Made by a program: the position numbers and the translations under genes | DNA from: a bacterium | Lineage (GTDB): Bacteria; Bacteroidota; Ignavibacteria; UBA10030 | Direction of reading: 5' to 3' | NCBI GenBank assembly: GCA_043803945.1 | Contig: JAZDJN010000027.1 | Coordinates: 7,931 to 71,930, forward strand | Length of the DNA: 64,000 nt | In this document: piece after piece, positions 29,637 to 38,142 of the stretch | Layout of the letters: every line of letters starts with the position of its first letter | How positions within the stretch are numbered: position 1 is the stretch's first letter | Notes under the pieces: generated by a model | Told to the model about the DNA's origin: nothing | What the model saw: only the letters and a program-made list of their open reading frames with translations | Database searches by the model: none

Positions 29637-30158
29637 ATGAAAATCAGAATGTTGCTTGCGGTTCTTTTGGTACTCTGCTTTGCACAGATGCTTGTTGGTC
29701 AGCAATCGAATCCCGTCTGGGAGAAGTGGCAGTATTTGCTCGGCACATGGATTGGTGAAGGAAGCGGTCAACCGGGACAAGGTAGCGGCTCATTTACATT
29801 CCAAACTGATCTTAGCGGCTCGGTCATCATCCGGAAAAGTCAAACAACCTTTCCTGCGACCAAGGATAAAGGAGCAAGCCTTCATGAGGATTTGTTAATT
29901 ATCTATTTGGATTATTCTGGAGTGCCTTCAAAAGCAATTTACTTCGATAATGAACGACACGCCATCAACTATACCGTTATGTATCGTGATCAAGTGATCG
30001 TGTTCACCAGTGAAAGTATCAAAAATGCTCCACGATTTCGGTTATCCTACGAGCCGATTGATCGCAATATCGTGAATACCAAATTTGAGATCGCCTCGCC
30101 TCAGAATCAGGATGAGTTTAAAACCTATATCGAAGGGAAATCCAGAAGGAAAGAATAA
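29637..30158 (+). CDS. Small secreted hypothetical protein
   Basis: 173 aa with a signal peptide (LLVLCFAQMLVGQ) and a Gly-rich segment, 'GEGSGQPGQGSGSF'. Confidence 0.4.
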   Translation: MKIRMLLAVLLVLCFAQMLVGQQSNPVWEKWQYLLGTWIGEGSGQPGQGSGSFTFQTDLSGSVIIRKSQTTFPATKDKGASLHEDLLIIYLDYSGVPSKAIYFDNERHAINYTVMYRDQVIVFTSESIKNAPRFRLSYEPIDRNIVNTKFEIASPQNQDEFKTYIEGKSRRKE

Positions 30159-30763
30159 TATCAGCTTGGAGTTGTTTGGCTAATTTATCAATGGTCGGAA
30201 ATGCAGTTTGGAACTTGCATCTCATTCCGGAAATAGGTATCTATTACAGGGTGGAAAAAAATCGATGAATAGAAAATTCACACAGCATATTGCAGCCAGC
30301 GTCCTTCTGCTCTACCTCTGTGTGGGTTTCCTTGGTAGCCTCGAGGTGATATCGAATCTGTTCCGGCCTCCGACACCGGTCACCTCTTTCCGGGTATCGA
30401 AACCTCTCCCGCCAACATCATGCAAAATCATCTGGACTCAGTATAAGCATATCCCGAGCAGTCCAAAGGTGGTGGTTCAAACCCAGGCGATACTCACTGA
30501 TCCAATTTCGATCGAACGAAAAGAATTTTCTACTCTAGTCATTCCTTTTCAGGTTTCAGGATATACATCTCCTCAACATTCTTCCGGCTCTTCTCGCGCT
30601 CCACCTTCAGCATAACATTTCTCAAATCAATACTGTAGACGAATCTTAGAACTCAAGTCTGCTCGTGTTCTGATAAATTCATTTATACGAATTCATTTCA
30701 TGCGATGAGGAGCAGAAGAGAATCCTCTCTTGTTCTAAGTTTCTTTCCACTGAAGTAAGAAGG

Positions 30764-31996
30764 GTGAGTGTCATGATTCTATGGCATCGACGAGCTCTTA
30801 CAAAAAGCACGCAATTGGCAAACAATGTACTGCGTCCATTTCAGGAGTTCTTTCGAATTGAATCGAGTGCCGGGATTCTTCTGTTCATATGCACGGCAGT
30901 CGCATTGTTTTGGGCCAACTCACCGTGGAGTACAACCTACAGTTCCTTCTGGCAGTACAGCCCTGCGGTTGATCTCGGCAGATTCAAGTTCTCGAAATCC
31001 CTTGAACACCTTGTGAATGATGGCTTGATGGCCATCTTTTTTCTCGTTGTCGGATTAGAGATCAAACGGGAATTGTTAGTTGGAGAAATCTCTTCCTTGA
31101 AGAAAGCAGCACTGCCCGTGATTGCCGCGATTGGCGGGATGTTAGTACCAGCCTCGCTATTTCTCTCGTTCAATTCCGGCACTGAAGGTTCGCACGGATG
31201 GGGTATCCCCATGGCAACCGATATTGCCTTTGCCATCGGTGTTCTCTCGCTGCTCGGAAACAGAATACCTCTTGGATTGAAAGTCTTTCTGACAGCCCTG
31301 GCGATCATCGACGACCTAGGTGCCGTTCTGGTAATTGCCTTTTTCTACACCAGCGAGATTAATGGCTCGGCGCTTATTGTAGCAGGAATGATCTTCCTTT
31401 TGCTTCTCCTTCTCAATTACAGAGGAATCCGATTGATTTCGATCTATGTGGTACTTGGATTCTTCCTTTGGATTGCACTCTTAAAATCAGGCGTGCATGC
31501 GACGATTGCGGGGGTCCTGCTAGCCGCAACGATTCCGGCCCAGTTCAACCGGTCATTGGATCAGGAGGGAGAGGGGACCTCGCCGCTCCAAAAACTGGAA
31601 CACACGCTTCATCCATGGGTAAGCTATTTCATCATGCCGGTCTTTGCTCTTGCCAATGCCGGGATTGTGGTGAGTGCCGGCTTCTTATCGGCCCTGACAC
31701 ATTCTATTTCAGCGGGAATCATTCTTGGACTGGTCATCGGCAAGCAGGTGGGGATAACACTCTTCGCATGGTTGGCGGTGCGCTTGAAGCTTGCCTCGCT
31801 GCCGGCACATACCCGGTGGATTCAACTCTATGGAGTTGGCTGGCTGGGCGGTATCGGTTTTACAATGTCGTTGTTCATCGCCACTCTGGCATATGGTGAG
31901 TCAGAGATACTGGCAAATGCAAAATTGGCGATACTAATGGGTTCGGTCATTGCTGGATTTGGAGGATGGGCGCTGCTGCGCTCTGTACGATCATAA
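30764..31996 (+). CDS. nhaA: Na+/H+ antiporter NhaA
   Basis: 'FFRIESSAGILLFICTAVALFWANSPW', 'MAIFFLVVGLEIKRELLVGE' and 'GIPMATDIAFAIGVLSLLG' are canonical NhaA motifs. Confidence 0.85.
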   Translation: MSVMILWHRRALTKSTQLANNVLRPFQEFFRIESSAGILLFICTAVALFWANSPWSTTYSSFWQYSPAVDLGRFKFSKSLEHLVNDGLMAIFFLVVGLEIKRELLVGEISSLKKAALPVIAAIGGMLVPASLFLSFNSGTEGSHGWGIPMATDIAFAIGVLSLLGNRIPLGLKVFLTALAIIDDLGAVLVIAFFYTSEINGSALIVAGMIFLLLLLLNYRGIRLISIYVVLGFFLWIALLKSGVHATIAGVLLAATIPAQFNRSLDQEGEGTSPLQKLEHTLHPWVSYFIMPVFALANAGIVVSAGFLSALTHSISAGIILGLVIGKQVGITLFAWLAVRLKLASLPAHTRWIQLYGVGWLGGIGFTMSLFIATLAYGESEILANAKLAILMGSVIAGFGGWALLRSVRS

Positions 31997-32048
31997 TAAT
32001 ATTTCAACTTACAACGATTTTTTACTTCGAAAATAGAAGGGTTGGCAT

Positions 32049-32258
32049 ATGAAAAAGAATTTTCAATTGATAGACATTGTCTTCAGTCTCATAGTTTCTT
32101 TCGTTGTGAGCCTCATTCTCTGCGTTGTTTATAGTTTACAAACTGATGAGTATGTCCATATTCATTGGGAGCTCTGTGCAGTTCTTGCGTTGCTCATCGG
32201 AGTTGGAATTCTTTGGAATCAACGGCGCGACAGAAAAGCCCAGGTGAAAAAGCAATAA
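32049..32258 (+). CDS. Small two-TM membrane protein (hypothetical)
   Basis: 69-aa ORF with two hydrophobic helices. It sits between nhaA and the next membrane protein; support is weak. Confidence 0.25.
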   Translation: MKKNFQLIDIVFSLIVSFVVSLILCVVYSLQTDEYVHIHWELCAVLALLIGVGILWNQRRDRKAQVKKQ

Positions 32259-32362
32259 CCATGTGCAGTAGTTAGAAAGATCGTTTCATAACGAGGCTCG
32301 AACAACCAAGCATTTTATCCTGTGCTTACAGGCAATCAACATTTAAGCGAGATGAGGTATCT

Positions 32363-33034
32363 ATGCCTAGTCAAATAGAAGCAACCATCAATTCCCTAAA
32401 ATCTCTTTGGGAACAACTCCTCCAATTCTTACCTCAATTGCTTATCAGTCTTGGCATTATGGCAGTCGGATGGTTCATTGCATTATTGATACGGAAGGGA
32501 GTTATTGTCCTCCTTAAACTCCTCCGAGTCGATAAAATGGCAGAAAAAGCTGGGCTCGAAGGTATTCTCTTAAAAGGTGGTGCTCAGTATTCGACAGTGA
32601 ATATCCTGGCAAATCTTTTCTATTGGTTCCTGATGTTGGGGCTAACACTCTCCGTCCTTCATAGCCTCGGATTAGACACGGCAAAGGAAGTGTTCAATCG
32701 GATTATTCTCTACATCCCGAATGTCATTGCAGCTCTCTTTATACTTGTTTTTGGAATGTTTCTGGCAAAACTCTTACGGGGAGCACTGCTCACATACCTT
32801 ACGAATGTCAGAATTTCAGGTGCAGACTTTGTGAGCACGGTAACGTATTGGGCGATCGTTTTTCTTGTCTTATCAAGCATGCTTCAACAACTGTCGCTCG
32901 GTGGACAATTGTTGATCTCGGCGTTCGAAATAGCCTTCGCAGGATTGTGTCTCGCACTCGCCATAGCCTTTGGCCTGGCAGGAAAAGAGTGGGCTACTCA
33001 AATTCTGGAGAAACTCTGGAGAAGCAGTCGTTGA
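32363..33034 (+). CDS. Membrane protein with tandem conserved-TM-helix repeats (MscS-associated 'TM_helix'-like)
   Basis: 223 aa with two similar repeats, 'L..LL..L.I.A...FIALLIRK' and 'IPNVIAALFILVFGMFLAKLLR'. Confidence 0.4.
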   Translation: MPSQIEATINSLKSLWEQLLQFLPQLLISLGIMAVGWFIALLIRKGVIVLLKLLRVDKMAEKAGLEGILLKGGAQYSTVNILANLFYWFLMLGLTLSVLHSLGLDTAKEVFNRIILYIPNVIAALFILVFGMFLAKLLRGALLTYLTNVRISGADFVSTVTYWAIVFLVLSSMLQQLSLGGQLLISAFEIAFAGLCLALAIAFGLAGKEWATQILEKLWRSSR

Positions 33035-33089
33035 TGATACTCAATTATCATTGCGGGAGTGTCTAATTATACGATAGGATGGTGTAATT

Positions 33090-35357
33090 ATGAAGATTAC
33101 CGTTCGTCTTATTATATCGCTTTTCATAGCGGCCGCCTTTGTTGCTGCTGTGTTTTCCTACCTTCAGGTTCAGAATGAACGAGATCTCCTTGTTCAAGAC
33201 CTAACGAGCCGGGCGCGTGTCCTTGGTGAAAGTATGGAGGAAACCATCAAGGAATACATTCAAGCGAATGCAATGGCAAAACTTAAAAGCACGATATATC
33301 GATTCGGCAGAAGGACAAAACTCCTTGGAATTGCAGTTTATGATAATCAAGGGGCGGGTATTGCTTTCAGTCCAGCGCTGGATTCTACATTCTCGACAAC
33401 TCCCCCGGAAGTCTGGGAATCAATCACAAGCCTAAAAGCTGTCAGTGGAATGAAGGAGGTGAGCGGTAATACTGTCCATTTATATGTTCATCCCCTGATG
33501 GCTGACTCGTCGATTGTTGGAGCGTTACTGTTCTACCATGATGTTTCCTTTATTGATGCAAAGCTCCAGGGGATCTGGCAGACAAACTTTATTCGTCTGC
33601 TTACGCATTTTTTCCTAATTATCGTGACGACCATTCTTGTCGTACGATGGAGTATCAAAGGCCCCATTGCACAAATTGCCCATTGGATGCGCGGTTTACG
33701 AACGGGAAAATCTTATCAAACAATCCCAATTCCACGGGGTGATCTTCTTGAACCGTTAGCCAATGAAGTCTCACTGCTTGCAAAAAGCCTCACACAAGCA
33801 CGAACCGCTGCTCAGGAAGAGGCACGTCTGCGTATAGAAGCCGAGTCACTTTGGACCTCAGAACGGCTAAAGGAACATGTCAAAATTGAGTTAAACGGGA
33901 AAAATCTTTTCGTTATCTCCAACCGCGAGCCCTATATGCATATGATAATGGGAGGAACGATTCAGTGTATCGTTCCGGCGGGCGGATTAGTCACTGCCCT
34001 TGATCCGATTCTGCGTGCGTGCGGGGGTATATGGATTGCCCATGGGAGTGGCACTGCTGACAGAGAGACTGTTGATATGCAGGATCGCGTTCAGGTTCCA
34101 CCAGAGGATCCGACATATTCATTGCGACGAGTCTTTCTCACCAAAGAGGAGGAAGAGGGATACTATTACGGGTTCTCCAACGAAGGGATATGGCCGCTCT
34201 GTCATATTACACACACTCGTCCCACATTTAAATTACAAGATTGGGTTCATTATCAAAATGTCAATGAGCAATTTGCAAAAGCGTTGTTAGAAGAAATCCG
34301 AAATGAAGAATCTCCCCTGATTTTGATTCAGGATTATCATTTTGCTCTCCTTCCATTATTGATTAAATCCAAACGCCCGGATGCGAGGGTGGCGATCTTC
34401 TGGCATATTCCCTGGCCCAATCCCGAAGTGTTCGGCATTTGTCCCTGGAAACAGGAATTGCTGCTTGGTTTACTCGGCGCGGATCTTATCGGGTTTCATA
34501 TCCAATTTCACTGCAACAATTTCCTTGAGACAGTGGATCGTTACTTAGAATCAAAAATCAACTGGGATCAATTTTCCGTTGAGCGGCATGGACAACTCAC
34601 CTCTGTGCGTCCATTTCCTATCAGTGTCGCTCATCCGTATGAGTCTGAAATCAGCACTCAACGGCCAGTCTCTATCGCTACCAAAGAGTCCTTACTCAAA
34701 AAATCTGGAGTTGTTGCTCCCTTCATGGCGTTGGGCGTCGATCGGATAGACTATACAAAGGGAATCGTTGAACGATTCCAGGCAGTGCGGCGATTCCTGG
34801 AAAAATATCCAGAATATGTTGGGAAGTTTACATTCGTTGAACTCGGAGCACCGAGCCGTACGCATATCAAACGCTACCACGACCTGATCGCTGAATTGGA
34901 TGAAACAGTCGATCGCATTAATTGGTCGTTTCAAGCTAAAAATTGGAAACCGATCGTTTTTCTCAAAGCCCACCATGATCACAAAACCATCGGCGATTAT
35001 TATCGGGTTGCCGATGTGTGCATGGTCACTTCTCTTCATGACGGGATGAATCTCGTTGCCAAAGAATTTATTGCAACACGCACCGATGACGATGGTGTTC
35101 TCATTCTCAGTCAATTTGCAGGGGCGGCACGGGAGCTACCCGATGCACTCATCGTTAATCCGTACGATATTGAAGAAATGGCTGAAGCGCTTCATCTGGC
35201 ATTGACGATGGAGAAAAAAGAACAACGTGAACGAATGCAAGAGATGCGAACGGTGGTGAAAGAAAGAAATGTTTACCGGTGGGCAGCGAACATTATAACA
35301 ACCCTCACGCACTTGCGGATGCCCAAGCAACCTGCAGCGATGGAGTCACAACAGTGA
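33090..35357 (+). CDS. otsA: Trehalose-6-phosphate synthase (GT20, OtsA) fused to an N-terminal two-TM periplasmic sensor plus HAMP-like module
   Basis: The C-terminal ~480 aa carry GT20 motifs: 'LILIQDYHFALLPLLIK', 'IFWHIPWPNPEVFGICPW', 'LLGADLIGFHIQFH', 'GVDRIDYTKGI' and 'ILSQFAGAARELPDALIVNPYDIEEMAEAL'. The N-terminal ~270 aa comprise TM1 (res 7-25), a ~140-aa extracytoplasmic region, TM2 ('FIRLLTHFFLIIVTTILVV') and a HAMP-like helix-connector-helix ('GPIAQIAHWMRGL...PRGDLLEPLANEVSLLAKSL'). Confidence 0.8.
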   Translation: MKITVRLIISLFIAAAFVAAVFSYLQVQNERDLLVQDLTSRARVLGESMEETIKEYIQANAMAKLKSTIYRFGRRTKLLGIAVYDNQGAGIAFSPALDSTFSTTPPEVWESITSLKAVSGMKEVSGNTVHLYVHPLMADSSIVGALLFYHDVSFIDAKLQGIWQTNFIRLLTHFFLIIVTTILVVRWSIKGPIAQIAHWMRGLRTGKSYQTIPIPRGDLLEPLANEVSLLAKSLTQARTAAQEEARLRIEAESLWTSERLKEHVKIELNGKNLFVISNREPYMHMIMGGTIQCIVPAGGLVTALDPILRACGGIWIAHGSGTADRETVDMQDRVQVPPEDPTYSLRRVFLTKEEEEGYYYGFSNEGIWPLCHITHTRPTFKLQDWVHYQNVNEQFAKALLEEIRNEESPLILIQDYHFALLPLLIKSKRPDARVAIFWHIPWPNPEVFGICPWKQELLLGLLGADLIGFHIQFHCNNFLETVDRYLESKINWDQFSVERHGQLTSVRPFPISVAHPYESEISTQRPVSIATKESLLKKSGVVAPFMALGVDRIDYTKGIVERFQAVRRFLEKYPEYVGKFTFVELGAPSRTHIKRYHDLIAELDETVDRINWSFQAKNWKPIVFLKAHHDHKTIGDYYRVADVCMVTSLHDGMNLVAKEFIATRTDDDGVLILSQFAGAARELPDALIVNPYDIEEMAEALHLALTMEKKEQRERMQEMRTVVKERNVYRWAANIITTLTHLRMPKQPAAMESQQ

Positions 35358-36193
35358 AGAATCCGGTCTATCTATTTTCAGGACGACGAGAATCATGGGA
35401 CGCGATCGCCCGGAAATTACGCGCTGCTTCCGGCATAGCTCTATTTCTTGATTACGATGGAACATTGACCCCGATCCGGCGGACGCCATCAGCGGCAGTT
35501 CTTACACCGGACGTAAAGAACATTTTACAGCAGTTGGCACAACTTCCGGATGTGTGCGTCGCTATCGTCACCGGCAGGTCAATGAGGGATATCCAGAAAC
35601 TCGTTCGTGTAGATACCCTCGGATTTGCCGCAAATCATGGTTTCCATATGGATATCAATGGAATTGACTGGATTCATCCTCAAGCTGTATCTCAGAAGAA
35701 AGTACTGTCACGACTTCACTCGATTCTTTGCAACGCACTTGCAGCATTTCCTGAACTCTATATTGAGAACAAACAATTCACATTAAGTATTCATTATAGG
35801 AATGTTGCTGCACATCATGTCCGTTCCCTCAAAGCACTGGTTTCGAAAACCGTACACTCATTTAATCCGACACTACAAATAACTCGCGGAAAGAAAATAT
35901 TGGAAGTAAGACCTCAAATACCATGGGGAAAGGGAGATGCTGTTTTAGCAATGTTAAATTTGAGTAAGACTTCTCAACGCCGGATCCCGCTGTTTATCGG
36001 CGATGATACAACAGATGAGGATGTCTTTCGAGCCTTGCGTTCGAAAGGGATAACGATACGGGTGGGAAGGGCGCGATCTACAAATGCGCAATACTATGTG
36101 AAGAGCGTCAAGGAAGTTCACGATATACTTCGATTGATCATCTCTCTCAGAGAGAATCGTTCTATCCGCACTCGTTCACGTCAGAAGAAATAA
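35354..36193 (+). CDS. otsB: Trehalose-6-phosphate phosphatase (HAD superfamily)
   Basis: HAD motif I is 'LFLDYDGTLTP' and motif IV is 'FIGDDTTDEDVF'. The probable GTG start overlaps the otsA stop in a GTGA overlap, suggesting translational coupling. The ORF is open from 35279. Confidence 0.8.
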   Translation: MKNPVYLFSGRRESWDAIARKLRAASGIALFLDYDGTLTPIRRTPSAAVLTPDVKNILQQLAQLPDVCVAIVTGRSMRDIQKLVRVDTLGFAANHGFHMDINGIDWIHPQAVSQKKVLSRLHSILCNALAAFPELYIENKQFTLSIHYRNVAAHHVRSLKALVSKTVHSFNPTLQITRGKKILEVRPQIPWGKGDAVLAMLNLSKTSQRRIPLFIGDDTTDEDVFRALRSKGITIRVGRARSTNAQYYVKSVKEVHDILRLIISLRENRSIRTRSRQKK

Positions 36194-36208
36194 GGAAGGA
36201 ACATCAGC

Positions 36209-37417
36209 ATGCATGCATTAGAAGAATACCGGGACATTGTCGGTGATGATGTTATCGCAGAAATCTATCGTTTAGCTCGTCCGCTATATGGTAAGAAAAT
36301 CCTTCATATCAATTCCACCTACTATGGAGGCGGTGTTGCAGAGATCCTCTATTCACTTGTGCCACTTCTGAATGCCGCCGGTCTTGATGCCGACTGGAGA
36401 ATGTTGCGAGGTACTCCGGAATTTTTCAACGTCACAAAGAAATTCCACAACGCTATTCAGGGTGAATCGATCCGAATGACCGACATCAAGGCAGCGCTCT
36501 ATTCCGAGAATAATCAGGACTTTGCATCGTATTGCAAGATCGATGCCGATTGTGTGATCATTCATGATCCTCAACCATTACCACTGATCCGTTTTTATAA
36601 GAAACGCCAACCCTGGCTCTGGAGGTGTCACGTTGATCTCTCGCATCCAAACCAAGATCTCTGGCACTTTCTCAAAGGGTATATCCTTGCCTATGATGGT
36701 ATCATTGTCTCCGATGAACAGTATGTTCAAAAAGATCTTCCGATGAACTATACTATCATCGATCCTGCTATTGATCCACTCTCCTCGAAGAATAGAGTTA
36801 TCCCGGAGGACCTAATAGAACGGACGCTTCAGAAGTATGATGTCCCCACTGATAAACCATTTATTACTCAAATATCAAGATTTGACAAGTGGAAAGATCC
36901 TGAAAATGTTATTGAAGTATATAAACTTGTGCGGAAGGAATGCGATTGTCGGTTAATACTGTGTGGAAGCATGGCAACGGATGATCCGGAAGGCTGGGAA
37001 TATTTCGAGCGAACGAGGAAGGCAGCAGGATCGTACCTTGATAATAAGGATATCATATTGATTACAGTAGAGGACAATATTTTGGTCAATGCACTCCAGA
37101 GTAAGTCGACCATCATTCTTCAAAAATCGATACGGGAAGGATTCGGGCTCACGGTCACTGAAGCGCTCTGGAAGGGCAAGCCAGTAGTTGCATCGAATGT
37201 TGGCGGTATTCCCCGGCAGTTGATTGATAATAAAACGGGATTTCTCGTGGAGCCGCTAGATATCCAGGGTTGTGCCGATATCGTGAGTACGATTCTAAAG
37301 AATCCAAAGTTGGGTCAGGCACTTGGTGTGAATGGTAAAGAACACGTTCGAAAAAACTTTCTCATCACCCGGCATGTGATTGATGATCTAAAGCTGCTCA
37401 ATAAAATATTGAGTTGA
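36209..37417 (+). CDS. treT: Trehalose glycosyltransferring synthase (TreT-type, GT4; NDP-glucose + glucose -> trehalose)
   Basis: 'HINSTYYGGGVAEILYSLVPLL', 'FFNVTKKFHNAIQG', 'PWLWRCHVDLSHPN' and 'IREGFGLTVTEALWKGKPVVASNVGGIPRQ' closely match the motif set I recall for archaeal and Thermotoga TreT. Confidence 0.6.
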   Translation: MHALEEYRDIVGDDVIAEIYRLARPLYGKKILHINSTYYGGGVAEILYSLVPLLNAAGLDADWRMLRGTPEFFNVTKKFHNAIQGESIRMTDIKAALYSENNQDFASYCKIDADCVIIHDPQPLPLIRFYKKRQPWLWRCHVDLSHPNQDLWHFLKGYILAYDGIIVSDEQYVQKDLPMNYTIIDPAIDPLSSKNRVIPEDLIERTLQKYDVPTDKPFITQISRFDKWKDPENVIEVYKLVRKECDCRLILCGSMATDDPEGWEYFERTRKAAGSYLDNKDIILITVEDNILVNALQSKSTIILQKSIREGFGLTVTEALWKGKPVVASNVGGIPRQLIDNKTGFLVEPLDIQGCADIVSTILKNPKLGQALGVNGKEHVRKNFLITRHVIDDLKLLNKILS

Positions 37418-37435
37418 GATTGACTGTGGTGGACC

Positions 37436-37966
37436 ATGAATTATTTTGAACGTTTTTACAAACACAAGAAATTTTTTGATTTCCTGGACGAGCTAAAGAT
37501 AAAGCAGCGGCACTGGATTATCTTATCGATTCTCGTTGCAAGCGCCGATTTCCTGAGTGGCAACAAGATCCAATTTTCTATCCTCTACCTCTTGCCCATT
37601 GCTTTGGCTGCCTGGTTTGGTGAACGTCGTGAAGCATTGATTCTTGCTTTGCTACTTCCCTGTTCTCGATTGATCTTCCGAGCACAATGGGATATGCCAT
37701 GGTTCGTTCTCGATTCAATGATAAATCTTCTCATTCGCATTCTTGTCTTTATCATTATTGCATATTTAATTTCTTTCATAAAAGAGCTACACGTGTTGAG
37801 GGGATTATTGCACATCTGTTCGTATTGCAATCGGATCAAAAATGAAGATGGAACCTGGATCTCCGTGCAGGAGTATATCGTTGATCATTCAGAAGCTCTC
37901 TTGAGTCATGGCATATGTCTTGAGTGTGGTTCAAAACATTTCAGTCGACTGTTTCCGAACAAATGA
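37436..37966 (+). CDS. Membrane protein (4 TM) with a C-terminal CxxC...CxxC zinc-ribbon-like tail
   Basis: 176 aa. The C-terminus is 'CSYCNRIKNEDGTW...CLECGSKHF'. Confidence 0.4.
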   Translation: MNYFERFYKHKKFFDFLDELKIKQRHWIILSILVASADFLSGNKIQFSILYLLPIALAAWFGERREALILALLLPCSRLIFRAQWDMPWFVLDSMINLLIRILVFIIIAYLISFIKELHVLRGLLHICSYCNRIKNEDGTWISVQEYIVDHSEALLSHGICLECGSKHFSRLFPNK

Positions 37967-38142
37967 GATACTTTTTCGACATGAGTGATTTGACCAATAA
38001 GGATTGAGCATATAGTTAACATTACTTGATAAATGCTGAATTTCTTGATCTCAAAAACTAGGTACTATTCTCCGGTTTGCAGATGTAATGATTCCTTCTC
38101 ATATTCAATTCACGATCACTAATTCCAGTAAAAGTTGGAACA

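Noticed and set aside
30208-30615. A 135-aa ORF (alternative start MNRKF at 30266) lies in the 600-bp gap before nhaA.
   Set aside because: It is a low-complexity Pro/Ser-rich sequence with no recognisable family. It could be a small membrane protein but the evidence is insufficient. It is not listed as a feature.
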